This document shows, one piece after another, positions 41,531 to 54,013 of a stretch of 64,000 nt of DNA (within the stretch, counting starts at the first letter, position 1; each line of letters opens with the position of its first letter). Origin of the DNA: Octopus sinensis (lineage: Eukaryota); NCBI RefSeq assembly GCF_006345805.1, contig NC_043007.1, positions 29,264,001 to 29,328,000 on the forward strand. The letters run 5' to 3'. Made by a program: the position numbers and the translations under genes. The notes beneath the pieces are model-generated. The model had not been told where the DNA came from and searched no databases. It saw only the letters and a program-made list of their open reading frames with translations.

Positions 41531-44502
41531 TGTGAACATGATAAGCAAATACATTATAATAGAAAATGCTGTAAGCATCCTTTGAAGATATGAATCTAAT
41601 CTATGAAATTTAGATTTACAGAAGGCAAAAATGTCAATTTGATTTACCTATGGTAGATGACAAATGAACCTGCTGTGATGGAGTCAGATTTAGAGGTGAT
41701 AATGATTCCTTATGATTCAGTGAAACTTGTAGATGCTTTATTTGTCCATGTTTGTGAGGTGACTGAAAAGCAAGCTGGTTCAACCAATTCAGCAGTAGTG
41801 GAGGTCATCATGTTCATCAGACTTTAGAGAATTGGTTTAAAGACAGAGAATCTAGCTTCAATTATTTACTGATGGTTGCATCTGATAAAAAGTTTTGAGC
41901 AATGCTTTTTATCTTCATCATTATCACTAGTTCTATCATCATTAACAAGATCTTCTTCCATTATTACCGTGTCTGCGTTAGTAAAAGCAGGGTATTGTAA
42001 CCACTCATCTTTGTGTTATTAGCAAAATTACTGGAAAGGGGCTGGATCAATGACTCTAAGAGTAGCACTGATTTCCCGTGTGTTTTGGCATGATTTCCAC
42101 AGCTGGATGTCCTTCCTAATACCAACCACTTTACAGAGGGGACTGGGTGCTTTTTAAGTGGCACCAGCAATAGTGAGGTGACCAAGTAACTTGCAAGAGA
42201 AACCCCCTCAAGTGAGTGGAATGTAGTATTGAGGGAGGTGAAAGTCTATTGGAGGGACAAGAAAAGGAGATACAGGACTTTAACTGAAAAGAGAGGTCCT
42301 TTCAAGTACCTCTACCATGAGGCTCAGTTGTAAATCCCAGATGCTTTCCTTGGCAACCTTGGAATTTTACACTATATAGAAGCTCAGATTACAGACAGAA
42401 TGCTATGTTTAAGATCATGTGTTAGCATTTATATATATATATATATATATCATCATCATTGTTTTCCGTCCTAGCATGGGTTGGATGGTTCGACCAGGGT
42501 CTGGGAAGCCAGGAGGCTGCACCAGGCTTCTGTCTGATCTGGCAGTGTTTCTACAGCTGGATGCTCTTCCTAACGCCAACCACTTTGAGAGTGTAGTGGG
42601 TGATATATATATATATACCAGGGTAAGCACATAAATGTGAAATAGTACTCAAATACCGGAGGTAGAGTAATATGCTTTATTATTAAAGATGCAAAAACAT
42701 TGCAAAAATATCACATATTACCTTAACCCTATTTTCTAAAATGTAAGTGGACATGTCCATGTAGACCCCTCTACAAGAAACCTGTTCTACTCTGTCCCCT
42801 TCTCATACTTTAACAGCTCATAAAAAAGAAAGCCACTGTTCCTTTCTCTTCTGTAGCTCCATTCAGTGGAAGGGGATCTTAGCCATGTAATCTCCATAGT
42901 AACCTGACTAGTGCTAGAAACTATGCCAAAGGAGACAGTGGAGCATGAAGAAGTTCTTGGACTGGTTGGATCCTGTCAAACCATCCAACTGATGCCAGCA
43001 TGGAAGATGGACAATGATGAGGATGATGATAGTTGCTCTCTTTCTAATACTTTTTTACATTGTTTGTATCTAATAAAAAAGAAAAAAATTAAAATAAATC
43101 TTAAGGAAACCATCAACTACACCACACTGCACCCAACCCCCCACCCCAGCCTAAGTTGTGACAATTACTCCAAATGTAGGGCCATACTGAGGATCTCACT
43201 CAGCAAAAGATTATCCTTACCATTACTAGAACTACATTCCAAAGACTGGTCCTTCTCTCCAAGGTCAGAAAATATTTCAGCCCCCAACTCTACAAGGTTC
43301 AAACCGGGCCCACAACAGAATACTACTTGTACATCTGAGAAGGTTCTGTTGCTACACACAGGCATCATGGACTACAATCAGAGAAGTGTCACTCAGCTGA
43401 CTGATATATCTAACCGACGTATTCTAGCCTCTCTGGCCTACAGGTGTGCTGTCTTCTCTCTCAACCATTTCTGTAGAATGGCTTCAGATCCTCAAAGTTA
43501 ACTGATCCGGTTCCTCGCCCACAACCAACCCAATCGTCTCTTCCTCTTCTCTCCCCATTGTTGCATCCAACACCTTCGTTTCAGCTCTTAAGCCCATTAC
43601 TTCTTCCTTTGAACATCATTCCCCAGGAATCTTCTTCTGTCCCTCTTTGTCCTGATGGTGTTGACCTGTAACCGTTTAAATAGCTTCAACTTTCGGGGGA
43701 ACTTGAAGGATCGTGGACGCTGTCCCTTCTTCCAGACCGAACAAGTAAAATAATAGCAAAAAAAGACGAAAGGATAGCGTTTATGGCGTTTACGGAAATA
43801 CGAAACTATTGTTATGAAAATGTTTTAAGAGAGAAAGAGAATGAGGTAAAATATATTTCCTTGTGTAATGTTTATTAAAAAACGATAAAAACTGGGCGGA
43901 TATTTCGATGAAGAGTATGTAAGGGCGTAGAAAATGAATGGTTTTTGAAATAGTTTTATTATATTTCTGATGAACAGAAGATTAGCAAAATCGGTCGAAC
44001 GTCGGGGATTCCTCCCGATTTCCCATTGAGTTTCAACCGGGAATTGAAACAATGTTTAGTTTAGTTCCTCCCTTTAAATACAAAGTTCAAATCTTTAACT
44101 TTTCCTTCCGTCGTTCTGTAGTAATAATAATATTGCATTAGTCGTCATTTAATCCCCTCATTATTCTATATTTAATTGTATTATATATTTATTATTATCA
44201 TTATAACAATTAATTGTAAGACATCGTTACTGTGCCGGGCAAAATGCTAAGCAGCATTTCGTCTGTTTACGTTCTGAGTTCAAATTCCACCGAAGTCGAT
44301 TTAACTTGTCATCTTTCGAGGTTGCAAAAATAACAGATGAACTCCGCGGTCGATCGGAATTGCTGGCCTTGTCTCAAAATTTGAAACCAGACATATGACT
44401 GAATGAATTCAGAAGACCCAGTCTTCGGAGACTTAACAATCAACAGATGTTTATTAATTTATGTATTAAATATAGTATACGTTCGCGTGTATTGTATATA
44501 AC

Positions 44503-44533
<31 letters not shown>

Positions 44534-44653
44534 GGTTGTACATAAACATGTGTGTGCGTGTGTATATGGAACTTTAATACGAAACTAAAGGTTCAGCACT
44601 TTGTGTGTACGTGTAACTTTAGTACGAAACTAAAGCTACTCCGTTGTTACGTG

Positions 44654-44668
44654 GTTGTCAGTAACAAC
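44654..44668 (+). promoter_or_regulatory. Candidate RFX X-box (GTTGTC-AGT-AACAAC) upstream of BBS1
   Basis: Fits the GTHNYY-N(1-3)-RRNRAC consensus and lies in a CpG-containing unique island about 6.4 kb upstream of BBS1 exon 2. Confidence 0.35.
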
Positions 44669-45173
44669 AAAATGTCCAACTAGTTGCTGAGGAGAGAGAA
44701 GAAAGAGAAGAAAGAGGGAAAGAGAGCAGCCAACGTTATTTACTCAACACATGTAAATGGTTCCATGTCATCTATTGATTCACGACTCGCATCTCATCAA
44801 ATAAGTTTATATTAAAGACACATCATGAAGTAAGTTCCGCAAAATTTACATGCCCCCCCCCCCCCACTATTGTTTATTCTCTTCTAACTTTCTTCACAAT
44901 TGTATTTCTTATTGGCTTGGGTTGTTTAGATCTATAAGCAAACATGTTCCAGTAATGACCATCCCGTCTTTTTCCAGTTCACGTATATCTAGGACTACAT
45001 TACTCAGTATATCATTTATAAAATAAGTGAAAAACATTTAGTTTCGATCGGGAATTGAAACAACGATGCAGAGAGCTTACTCTGTCATACTCCATCCCGT
45101 TTGATGCAAGGTTTGGTAATTAGTTAATTAGAGAAATTAATTCATTGATCAGAAGTGGTTGCGGTTAATGTTT

Positions 45174-45433
45174 ACTTTCGGAAAATTCACAAGATCCAAT
45201 TTTTTCCCTCGTAACTTTTAGGAAAATGAATATCTTTTAATGAAATTTTATATAAATACCTTTCAAACGGCCTAGGTACCGATTTAAATTGTAATCTCTG
45301 CCGTTTGAAATGTATTTATATAAAATTTCAATGAAAGATATTCATTTTCCTAAAAGTTACGAGGGAAAAAATTGGGTAAATTTGTTAATCAGAAAATTTA
45401 CCAAAAATTGGATCTTGTGGATTTTCCGAAAGT
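45174..45433. repeat. Foldback/MITE-like palindrome
   Basis: Inner arms 45196-45271 and 45300-45375 (76 bp, 3 mismatches) around a 28-nt loop; outer arms 45174-45195 and 45412-45433. Confidence 0.9.
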
Positions 45434-47530
45434 TCCCGCCACGGTTCATTGGCACAATTTTTTATTTTCAGATTCGTTTAATACACATTTTTTTATACCC
45501 ATTACACTTGCTTTTTAAAAAAAAAATTTTGGTGGTCGGGTGTTAAAATATACATCGCTAAGCTCATAACTTTGGCGTTGTAAATGTTGTTTAGCCGCAG
45601 AGAACTCTTCATTTAACATTTCATCCGTGACCAATCCATATTTTAATTGTTTCATCCATTGCCACATTATTTAATGTGTCCTTCTCTGTTTTAAGGTAGA
45701 TTGGTGCGGGTTTTAGGGCAGCTGCTGTTTCTAGCATGTCAAGCAACCCTCAAAATTCTTTCCCTCTTATTTATTCGTTTTATTGAAATTTCAACTTTTG
45801 GTTAAGGGGAGGTTACTCTTGTTTTACTGTAATCCTATTAATCCACGCGTGACCACTTCTGGCTCTGTGATACAAAGTTCAGGTTTTAATGCGATAAATT
45901 AAAATCTTCCAACAAAATTTCATGTTAATTAATGTTCTATACACCAACTTAAGGATCTTTTCATTTTCAAGGCCTGATTTGTCAGATTTTTCCTACTTAA
46001 CCAAACAATTCGAAACTTCGTATACTGGTAGAATGTGTCAAAAGAAAACATGCTTCCCGAAATCCGTCGAAACTACACCTGATTATATATACACTTTAGA
46101 TGAGTTGTAGTGCACCTGAGCACTGTACACAATTATTATTATTATTATTATTATTATTATAATTGTAAACCAGAATGAAAACGGAATTGTAATTTCTAAG
46201 TTTAACGTTGTTTAATAATTAGAATTTTAACCAATGCAGCTTAATAACGACAAACTCTTTTTATTAAACTCCACATTATTTTCAAAATGAATTGTAAGAA
46301 TGTCAAAAGAGGGAAGATGAGGTAGGGGTTTCGCTAGCATCTCGTATTGCCGAGAAGATATTTGCAGAAGGATTTGAGCGATTTTTCGAATAGGATTGCG
46401 TTGTGATTGTTGCACTTTGAGTTGATCCTGATCAAATAGAATTATGTATTCCAAGCATGGCCACCATGTCATTGTTTTGTGGTAGCAAGGGGTCCGTTAG
46501 CTGTCGTGTCCTTCTCCTTTTAAAATACTTGAGAGAGGTTCAGGTGCTGTTTCTAGCAGGTCGAGCGACCATGTAGTGGCACGCAAGTTGGGTTTTTTTT
46601 TATTGTGGTTGATGACAAGGTGAATAATTAATTCAGAAGTGTTATACAGGTGTGACTGTGTGACAAGAAGTCTGCTTTCCAACCATATAGTTCTAGGTTC
46701 AATCCCACTGCATGAAGCCTTGGGCAAGTGTCTTATAGTCTTGTGAGTGGATTTGGTTGACAGAAACTGAAAGAAGCCTGTTGTGTATATATATATAATG
46801 TTTATCTGTGTGTTTGTCCCCCCACCTTGACAACCAGTGCTGGTGTGCTTATGTCCTGTAACTTAGTGGTTCAGCAAAATAGACCAATAGAATAAATACC
46901 TGGCTCAAAAAAAAAATTAAAAAATGAAAAAAACCATTCTGGGGTCAATTTGTTCAGCTACAATTCTTTAAGATGGTGCCCCAGCCTGGCCACAGTCTAA
47001 TGACTGAAACAAGTAAGAGAATAACATCTTTGTAATGTCTTATAACTTTTACTTACTTCAGGTTCTGAGTTCAAATCCTGTCCAAGTCTGCCTTTCATCC
47101 ATCAAGGGTTGATCAAATGAAGACCAATCACTGAGAGATCATTCCTAACAACATAATCTCATCCCCGCTTTAGAACTCACCCAGGATTATCACTGGATTA
47201 ATACAGAAATAATCCATTGATGAACTAAAGTTACTTTGAAGTTTCAAGTTCAAATCCTGCCAAGAATGATTTTCTGTTTTCTACATCATTAAACTCTTAA
47301 AATAGTTAATTAGGAACCACTGAGATCAGCAACAGTCTTTCTTTATAGGTTGGTGTCTCTCTCTTAAAGTTACAAATCAATATTTTCCAAAAGTAAATGC
47401 ATTTATTAAATAGTTTTGTCTCTAAAGATGGGTTACATGTCAGTGCTTATATCTTGCCATGTTCCCTATGTTTCCGAAATTTCCTGCTGGTGTACACACA
47501 GGATAAATTTTAATATTATTTCTTTACTGT

Positions 47531-47737
47531 CCACAAGGGGCTACACACAGAGGGGACAGACAAAGGGATTAAGTTGATTACATCGACTCCAGTGCGTAAC
47601 TGGTACTTAATTTATCGACTCCGAAAGGATGAAACGCAAAGTTGACCTCGGCGGAATTTGAACTCAGAATGTTCACACAGACGAAATACCGTCAAGCATT
47701 TCGCCCGGCACGCTAACGTTTCTGCCAACTCGCTGCC
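47531..47737 (-). mobile_element. SINE family A, well-preserved copy
   Basis: Reverse complement of the family A consensus. Confidence 0.8.
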
Positions 47738-47849
47738 TTAAATAAATTTTAATATCATTAGCACTACCAAAAAGATGATGATGATCCACCTCCACCACCA
47801 CCACCACCACCACCACCACCATGACTTCTTGCTTTCCTAGCAAGCCTGA

Positions 47850-48450
47850 TGTATATATGGAAGATTCTGCAGTGTTAATTGTATCAGTTTACATGTAGAG
47901 GACTCAGTGTTGAAGGCAAATGGATTTAGATTCTGACAAAATATCAATGGTTGTTTCAACAAGTATTTGGTGAGAATCATTAGAAAAAATACCTTCTCTG
48001 ATGGAGAAAGTTTGGTGAGCTTTGTCCTCTGTTGGTAACAAAAGGTCTGTCTCTCAAACTGAAACGCAGAATGTATGATGTTTGTATACAAACATGTAGA
48101 GGATATGCAAAGACTAGAAAGAAATGAAGAAGCTAGCATGCTTTGCTGGATGTGCAGGTAGGACAAAATGCAAATGTGTTTAGAGAAAAAATGGGTGTAA
48201 GAGGCATCAGGTGTGGTGTGCAGGACAGGTGATTGCTGGTTGTGTGATGTATTTGGATGATGACAGCTGCATAAAGAAGTACCGATTACCAAAGGCGGAT
48301 GGAACCTGTGGAAGAGGGAGACCAGGGAAAATGTGAGACAGTGTAGGGAAGACCGACCTTAAGATGTTGAACCTTATGAAGAAGATGACCAAGGAGGACT
48401 GAGATAATTAGTTTTTTTGTTATTCTCAACAAAACTCATCCGTCTCAGTA
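47850..48450 (+). mobile_element. Degenerate RTE LINE RT C-terminal fragment
   Basis: Frameshifted remnants [37 protein letters not shown] and [10 protein letters not shown], homologous to the 59-kb copy. Confidence 0.75.
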
Positions 48451-48769
48451 TAAAATGAGTTTCTAAATGCTTATCATTAATGTCTATACATCCACACCCA
48501 ACTATCGAGCCTTCCCCACAACTCATCTTTATAACACCCATCCCCACTTAGCTCTCTGTACAACCATTTCCTCAGCTGCTGTATTTATAAAACCACCAGT
48601 TGCCCCACTCCTTGGAACTGCTCCCTTTTGTCACCCGTCTCTCATTCTCAGCATCATCGTTTCCCAATTGTCCCTTTCCTATGAACACCCTCCCATGCCT
48701 GCCATCGACCCCTCCCCCATTTTGTTTCTCATTCACTATCTCCCTCCCTACATACCTATTTCTTTACTA

Positions 48770-48990
48770 CCCACAAGGGGCTACACACAGAGGGGACGAA
48801 CAAGGACAGACAAACGGATTAAGTCGATTATATTGACCCCAGTTTGTAACTGGTGCTTCTTTTATCGACCCCAAAAGGATGAAAGGCAAAGTCGACCTCG
48901 GCGGAATTTGAACTTAGAACGTAGTGGCAAACGAAATACCACTAAGCATTTCGCCCGGCGTGCTAACCATTCGGCCAGCTCCTCACCGCC
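48770..48990 (-). mobile_element. SINE family A, well-preserved copy
   Basis: Reverse complement of the family A consensus. Confidence 0.8.
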
Positions 48991-49358
48991 TTCTCTCCCT
49001 CCATACCATAGTAGACATGAGTGAGAGGATAGAGGAGAGACAGTTAAAGTCTGCCTTAACTTTATCAACATCCAATTAGTAAAGACTGAGATGGACTTTG
49101 ATGAAATATGGAGGACAGCAGAGAATCTGGTTGGAATGAATATTTTCGTTTTTTATTGACTGGAGAAAACAGTTGAGACAAAAGACTTTGCTTTAGGCCT
49201 ATCCTGCCATTCTCTGCTCATTTCAGTTAGCTGTCCTCTTATCTAACATTTTTTTCTCTATTATTATTATTATCATTATTATCATTATTATTATTACTAT
49301 TATCATTATTTTATCATTATTATTATTATTATTGTTATTATTATTATTATTATTATTG

Positions 49359-49560
49359 AGTAAGCGAGCAGAGCATGCCATCAAAGTGACACTGGGGTAA
49401 AATATACGAAGCCCAGTATACCCATCATGACTACCCGTCTGATAAGGGTACACCAGGCACATGCATCACAACCATATGTGCGCGACATGGTGATCTCATA
49501 TCAAGATAAACAGCACATGACCTTGCAGGTGGAGCCCAGTTAGAATTTTCTTCAGATCGA
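49359..49560 (-). mobile_element. 3'-terminal fragment of a (TAA)n-associated retroelement
   Basis: Homologous to 62787-63000 (CCATCAAAGTGACACTGGGGTAAAATATA...); bounded by (ATT)n on both sides. Confidence 0.65.
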
Positions 49561-49760
49561 TTATTATTATTATTATTTATTATTATTATTATCATTATTA
49601 TTATTATTATTATTATTACTATTATTATCATTATTATTATTATTATCATCATCATCATTATTATCATTATTATTATTATTGTTATTATTATCATCATCAT
49701 TATTATCATTATCATTAATATCATTATTATTATTATTATTATTACTATTATTATCATTAA

Positions 49761-49789
<29 letters not shown>

Positions 49790-49791
<2 letters not shown>

Positions 49792-50295
49792 CAGTAGTTT
49801 TATTTTTATAGCGTGCTTTCACTTCACTACCGAGCGCAGCTCTGTGTGCCTTGGGTATGTGCTGTGATTTGTTGTGATGCTCTGATGGTTATTGTATGGA
49901 AAGTGTTCTGCGTAGGATGTGTGCAGTGCCTAGTAGTGCAATTTTTTGTATGTTATATGTGTTTGTAAGTCCTGGTGTTTTTGTTATGTATTTGTCTGAA
50001 TATTTTTTTATCATGCCTAATGCACCTACTATGATAGGAATTGTTTCTGTTTTTAGATTCCACATTCTAGTTACCTCTATTTCCAGGTCTTTGTATTTTG
50101 AGAGTTTCTCCATTTCTTTTAGAGACACGTTGTCATCTGCCGGTATTGATACATCAATTAGAAAGCATTTTTTTTCTTCATGATCTCTGACAACTATATC
50201 TGGTCTGTTGGCCTTAATTTCTCTATCTGTGTGTATCGGCATATCCCAGAGTATGGTTGCTTTCTCGTTTTCTGTGACCTTTTCTGGTCACAGAA

Positions 50296-50296
<1 letters not shown>
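49790..50296 (-). mobile_element. R4/Dong-clade non-LTR retrotransposon 3' fragment (restriction-like endonuclease domain), family 1
   Basis: PEKVTENEKATILWDMPIHTDREIKANRPDIVV...LIDVSIP...KLSKYKDL...IPIIVGALG; PD-(D/E)xK signature; flanked by (TAA)n. Confidence 0.85.
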
Positions 50297-50328
<32 letters not shown>

Positions 50329-50334
50329 TTTTTT

Positions 50335-50837
50335 CTTCTTTCAAATTTTCTTCCATTTCTTGCCGAGTGTCTTCCCGACTCCTAGGGCAAAGAAACTCAT
50401 AGTGTATATTGGTAGGCCATTAAACCAAACTCAGTAGTTCGTTGATATATTTTTTTTTTTTTTTTTTTTTAAAGTTAAATTAAAATGCATGAGCAGCAAC
50501 AGTTCTCACATCGACAATGCTCTTCTCAATACGTGTGATGTACCAGTTAAGACAATCTTTTGCACTTCTTGCAGGGATGGTAAGCCAGGGATCATTCTCA
50601 TATAATTTTTATAATTTTCGGTTCCCTTCTTGATCATTCCTAGTGCTCCTACGATCACTGGTATTGTAACCGCCTTGAGATGCCACATTTTCTCAATTTC
50701 AATGAGTAGGTCTTTATATTTTCTGAGCTTGTCAAACTCTTTCGCTGAGATATTATGATCACAGGGGATGCTCATGTCGATCAATAAGCAAACTTTATTG
50801 TTTTGGTCTTTCACAACAATATCTGGTTTATTGGCCT
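50335..50837 (-). mobile_element. R4/Dong-clade 3' fragment, family 2
   Basis: KANKPDIVVKD...LLIDMSIPCD...KLRKYKDL...VIVGALGMIKK...LTGTSHVLRRALSM*; a different 3'UTR; flanked by (TAA)n. Confidence 0.85.
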
Positions 50838-50864
50838 TGATTATTATTATTATTATCATTAATA

Positions 50865-50926
<62 letters not shown>

Positions 50927-51091
50927 CACTAGCCGTGTTTCCATTATTATTACAGTGTTGTCTTTCAGTCATGTTTTCTCATTATCTATTTTAATTAAAT
51001 CTCTACCTGTCGTTCTTGTGGTAAATTTTATATTTATTTATTTATTCATTTATTTTTTCCAAATAAACAAAATATTATATTTTTATTGCAG

Positions 51092-51261
51092 AGAGGAAAA
51101 CAAATCGAAATGGTTGGACGCTCATCACGACCCAGTTGCCTCCCTTTACACGTTTACTCAATGTCTCGCTTTATCTGACATCAAAGCTGACGGCGATTGG
51201 AAATTGGTGATTGGCAACCTAGGAATCGATAATTACGTCACGAAACTGAAAGTTTTCCAAG
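51092..51261 (+). CDS. BBS1: BBS1 exon (provisional exon 2): [11 protein letters not shown]...KLKVFQ(G)
   Basis: TTGCAG| acceptor with phase-2 entry; donor AAG|GTCTAC (weak), phase 1. Confidence 0.88.
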
Positions 51262-53960
51262 GTCTACAGTTTCCTATTTCTATTTCGTCTGTAAATATGT
51301 TTTTATTCACGAGCAGTGCCTCGTGTTCTATCAATTTACCACTCTAGCAAAACCTTTGTTTTATATTATCACTATACTATACTGTACTATAGTACAGGCA
51401 TACTGTCACTAGCATTATTTGCTACTATACTATCTGTCATCTATGCTGTCACTATATTATAGACCTTCAATTATGAAGTTATCCCAATACTGTCACCAAG
51501 GTAACAGAAACTATGATCAACATGGAGTAAAGCCCCTCCACAATTCATAAACTTCACTCCCTTTCTTTCATTAACTGCTAATTACTCCTATATATCTAAA
51601 GTCTTGTTTCTTTATTGACCAATCATACCTCTGCCTGCCTACCTACAACTTCCATTCAGGACACATCACTAAGATCTCCACTGTTCCTTTCTTTCATGTT
51701 AAGCAGCACCAATTCCTTCATTGAACTGCGATATTGAAGCCTCTCTCCATTTTGGAACTTTGCCTTTTTGATCTTTTTCTCTCTGTATTCCAGACCATAA
51801 TTCCATGTGTTTGACATTTTCTATAATCTCTGCAATAAGAACCAAGTCATTAGCATTCCAATTAAGGATAAGCGGTCTTGCATTCATATATCATAACTCT
51901 CCCCTGCTCCCAACATAAATTAGATAAAAGAAGGCCCCGTTTCGTGTCCGTTGCCAGCCTCGCCTGGCCCTCGTGCCGGTGGCACATAAAAAGCACCATC
52001 CGTTTGTGGCCGTTTGCCAGCTCTGTCTGGCACCAGTGCGGGTGGCACGTAAAAAGCACCCACTACATTCACGGAGTGGTTGGCGTTAGGAAGGGCATCC
52101 AGCCGTAGAAACACTGCCAGATTTGACTGGGCCTGATGAAGCCTTCTGGCTTCACAGACCCCAGTAGAACCGTCCAACCCATGCTAGCATGGAAAACGGA
52201 CGCTAAACGATGATGATGATGAAGTCTGAAGATAACAACAAAATCTGTTCACAAAATCCCTCGCAAATCTTCTTGTTGACCCATAACAGCAACCACCTAC
52301 ATAGTTTGCACTGTTCTCACTCAAACATTCATCTAACCCCCCCCCGTAACAGAATGTGGAACCTTAAGAAAAACATTCTCTAGACTAACAGATGCAGAGA
52401 GATTTGTTCTGACCAAAAATCTGGGTTCCATTGAAATTTGAACTCATGACCAAGTGGTCAGTAGTTATGTATCTTAACCTCACACCGATTGCACATCATA
52501 GCACATGTTAACTATATTGATGTATTCATGAGAAAAGTTAATCCATTTTCTTGCTAATTGGTTAATCAGGAGTTCATTTCAGTCACCGCTGCCGCCACCA
52601 CCATTCAATGTCCGTTTTCCATGCTGGCATGGGTTGGACAGTTTGACTCATCCGGTTTGGTATGGCTTCTAAGGTTGAACACCCTTCAAAGTGGTCAGTG
52701 CAGGAAGGTGGTAATTAACAGATGTGAGTTCAAACCACACCAAATGCTTGCTTGAAACTTCTCTCTTCCACATGTGGCACATCTGTTTACATGAAACCCA
52801 TTAACAGGTCATTTGGTCAAAAATTCTTTCTGTGTCTTCTTTAAACCTACAATCAACTTAATCTGTCTTGTGTTTATAATCTTCCCAGACATGGTTTAGG
52901 GAAAGTATCTTCTACAAGAGCTCCAGCCTGACCAAGTCTTTGTGAGTGGACTGAAAATGAAGGAAGCTCATCATCACCCCCGTCGCTGCCACGACGACCA
53001 CCACCACCGCCACCACCGCCACCACCACCACCGCCGCCACCACCACCACCACCACCGCCACCACCACCACCACCATCATCATTCAACATCTGTTTTCCAT
53101 GTTGGATGGTTTGAGAGAATCCCGTGGGTCTAAAGACTGTCTCATGCCCCAATGTCTGCTTTGGCAAGGGTTTCTCTGGCTGCACGCCCTTCCTTATACC
53201 AACCACTTTACAGACTGTACTGGGTGGCTTTTATATGGCACCAGCACTAGTGGGGTTGCCCAGTAACTTGTAAGATAAAGATCCTCTTTGACTGAGGGGT
53301 TACAGTAGAGAGCAAGGCACCTTTATGCTTGGAGATGAGGGGTCAAAGTGTTGGAGAAGGGACCAAAGCAGAACAGGTTTTGTGGTGTACAAAAGCTACA
53401 TTGCAGAAGAGAGGGTGAGAGCTAGAAAGGAGTAAAAATAGGGGTGGTGTGGTGTCAGGGTGGATTCTGAATGTAGAAGGAAAGTAGAAATGGGTTGGAA
53501 CAAGAGAATAGGGAGTGGGGATGGGCAACAGTGAGGGGGGGAGAGAGAAGTGGGCAAGGGGGTGGGTATAATGAATAACAAGTGTTGAGGGATGATAAAA
53601 AGGTGGGGGAGAGTAGGTGACAACTGTGGAAATTGGGTTGAGGAGGGGTCAATGATGCAAGAGTTGAGAGTATATATGTATGTGTGTGTGTGTCCTTGTC
53701 TTGACCTCATGTAATAGTTGTAAAGGGGTGTCATCATTACACAAGCAGTGTCCTTCAGTTCTGATCATCCATGGAAACCTGTTTGGCCAAGGGAGAAGGA
53801 TTACTTGGAGATGGGTGGAGGTTGGTGACAGGAAGGGCATCCAGCCATAGAAAATCTGCCTCAAAGATTTCCATTTGTCCCATTCAAGCATGGAAAAGTA
53901 GACATCAAAAGGATGATAATGTTTATATTCATATATACATGTGTTTGTGTGTGTGTATAT

Positions 53961-54013
<53 letters not shown>

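Larger units (their letters stand above)
49250..50925. repeat. Interrupted (ATT/ATC)n microsatellite array hosting retroelement fragments
   Basis: Trinucleotide runs at about 49257-49358, 49561-49790, 50297-50327 and 50838-50925. Confidence 0.9.

Noticed and set aside
42911-43501. 196-aa + strand ORF
   Set aside because: Its N-terminal third is translated RTE-3'UTR repeat and low-complexity sequence, and the rest has no recognisable domain.
44765-44810. ATG...CAAATAA|GTTTAT as BBS1 exon 1
   Set aside because: The donor is weak and gives phase 1, whereas the canonical exon 2 acceptor needs phase 2.
49431-49867. Poly-Ile/Met and poly-Leu ORFs
   Set aside because: These are translations of the (ATT/ATC)n array.
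52874-53206. Poly-Gly and poly-His ORFs
   Set aside because: These are translations of a (CAC/CGC)n microsatellite.
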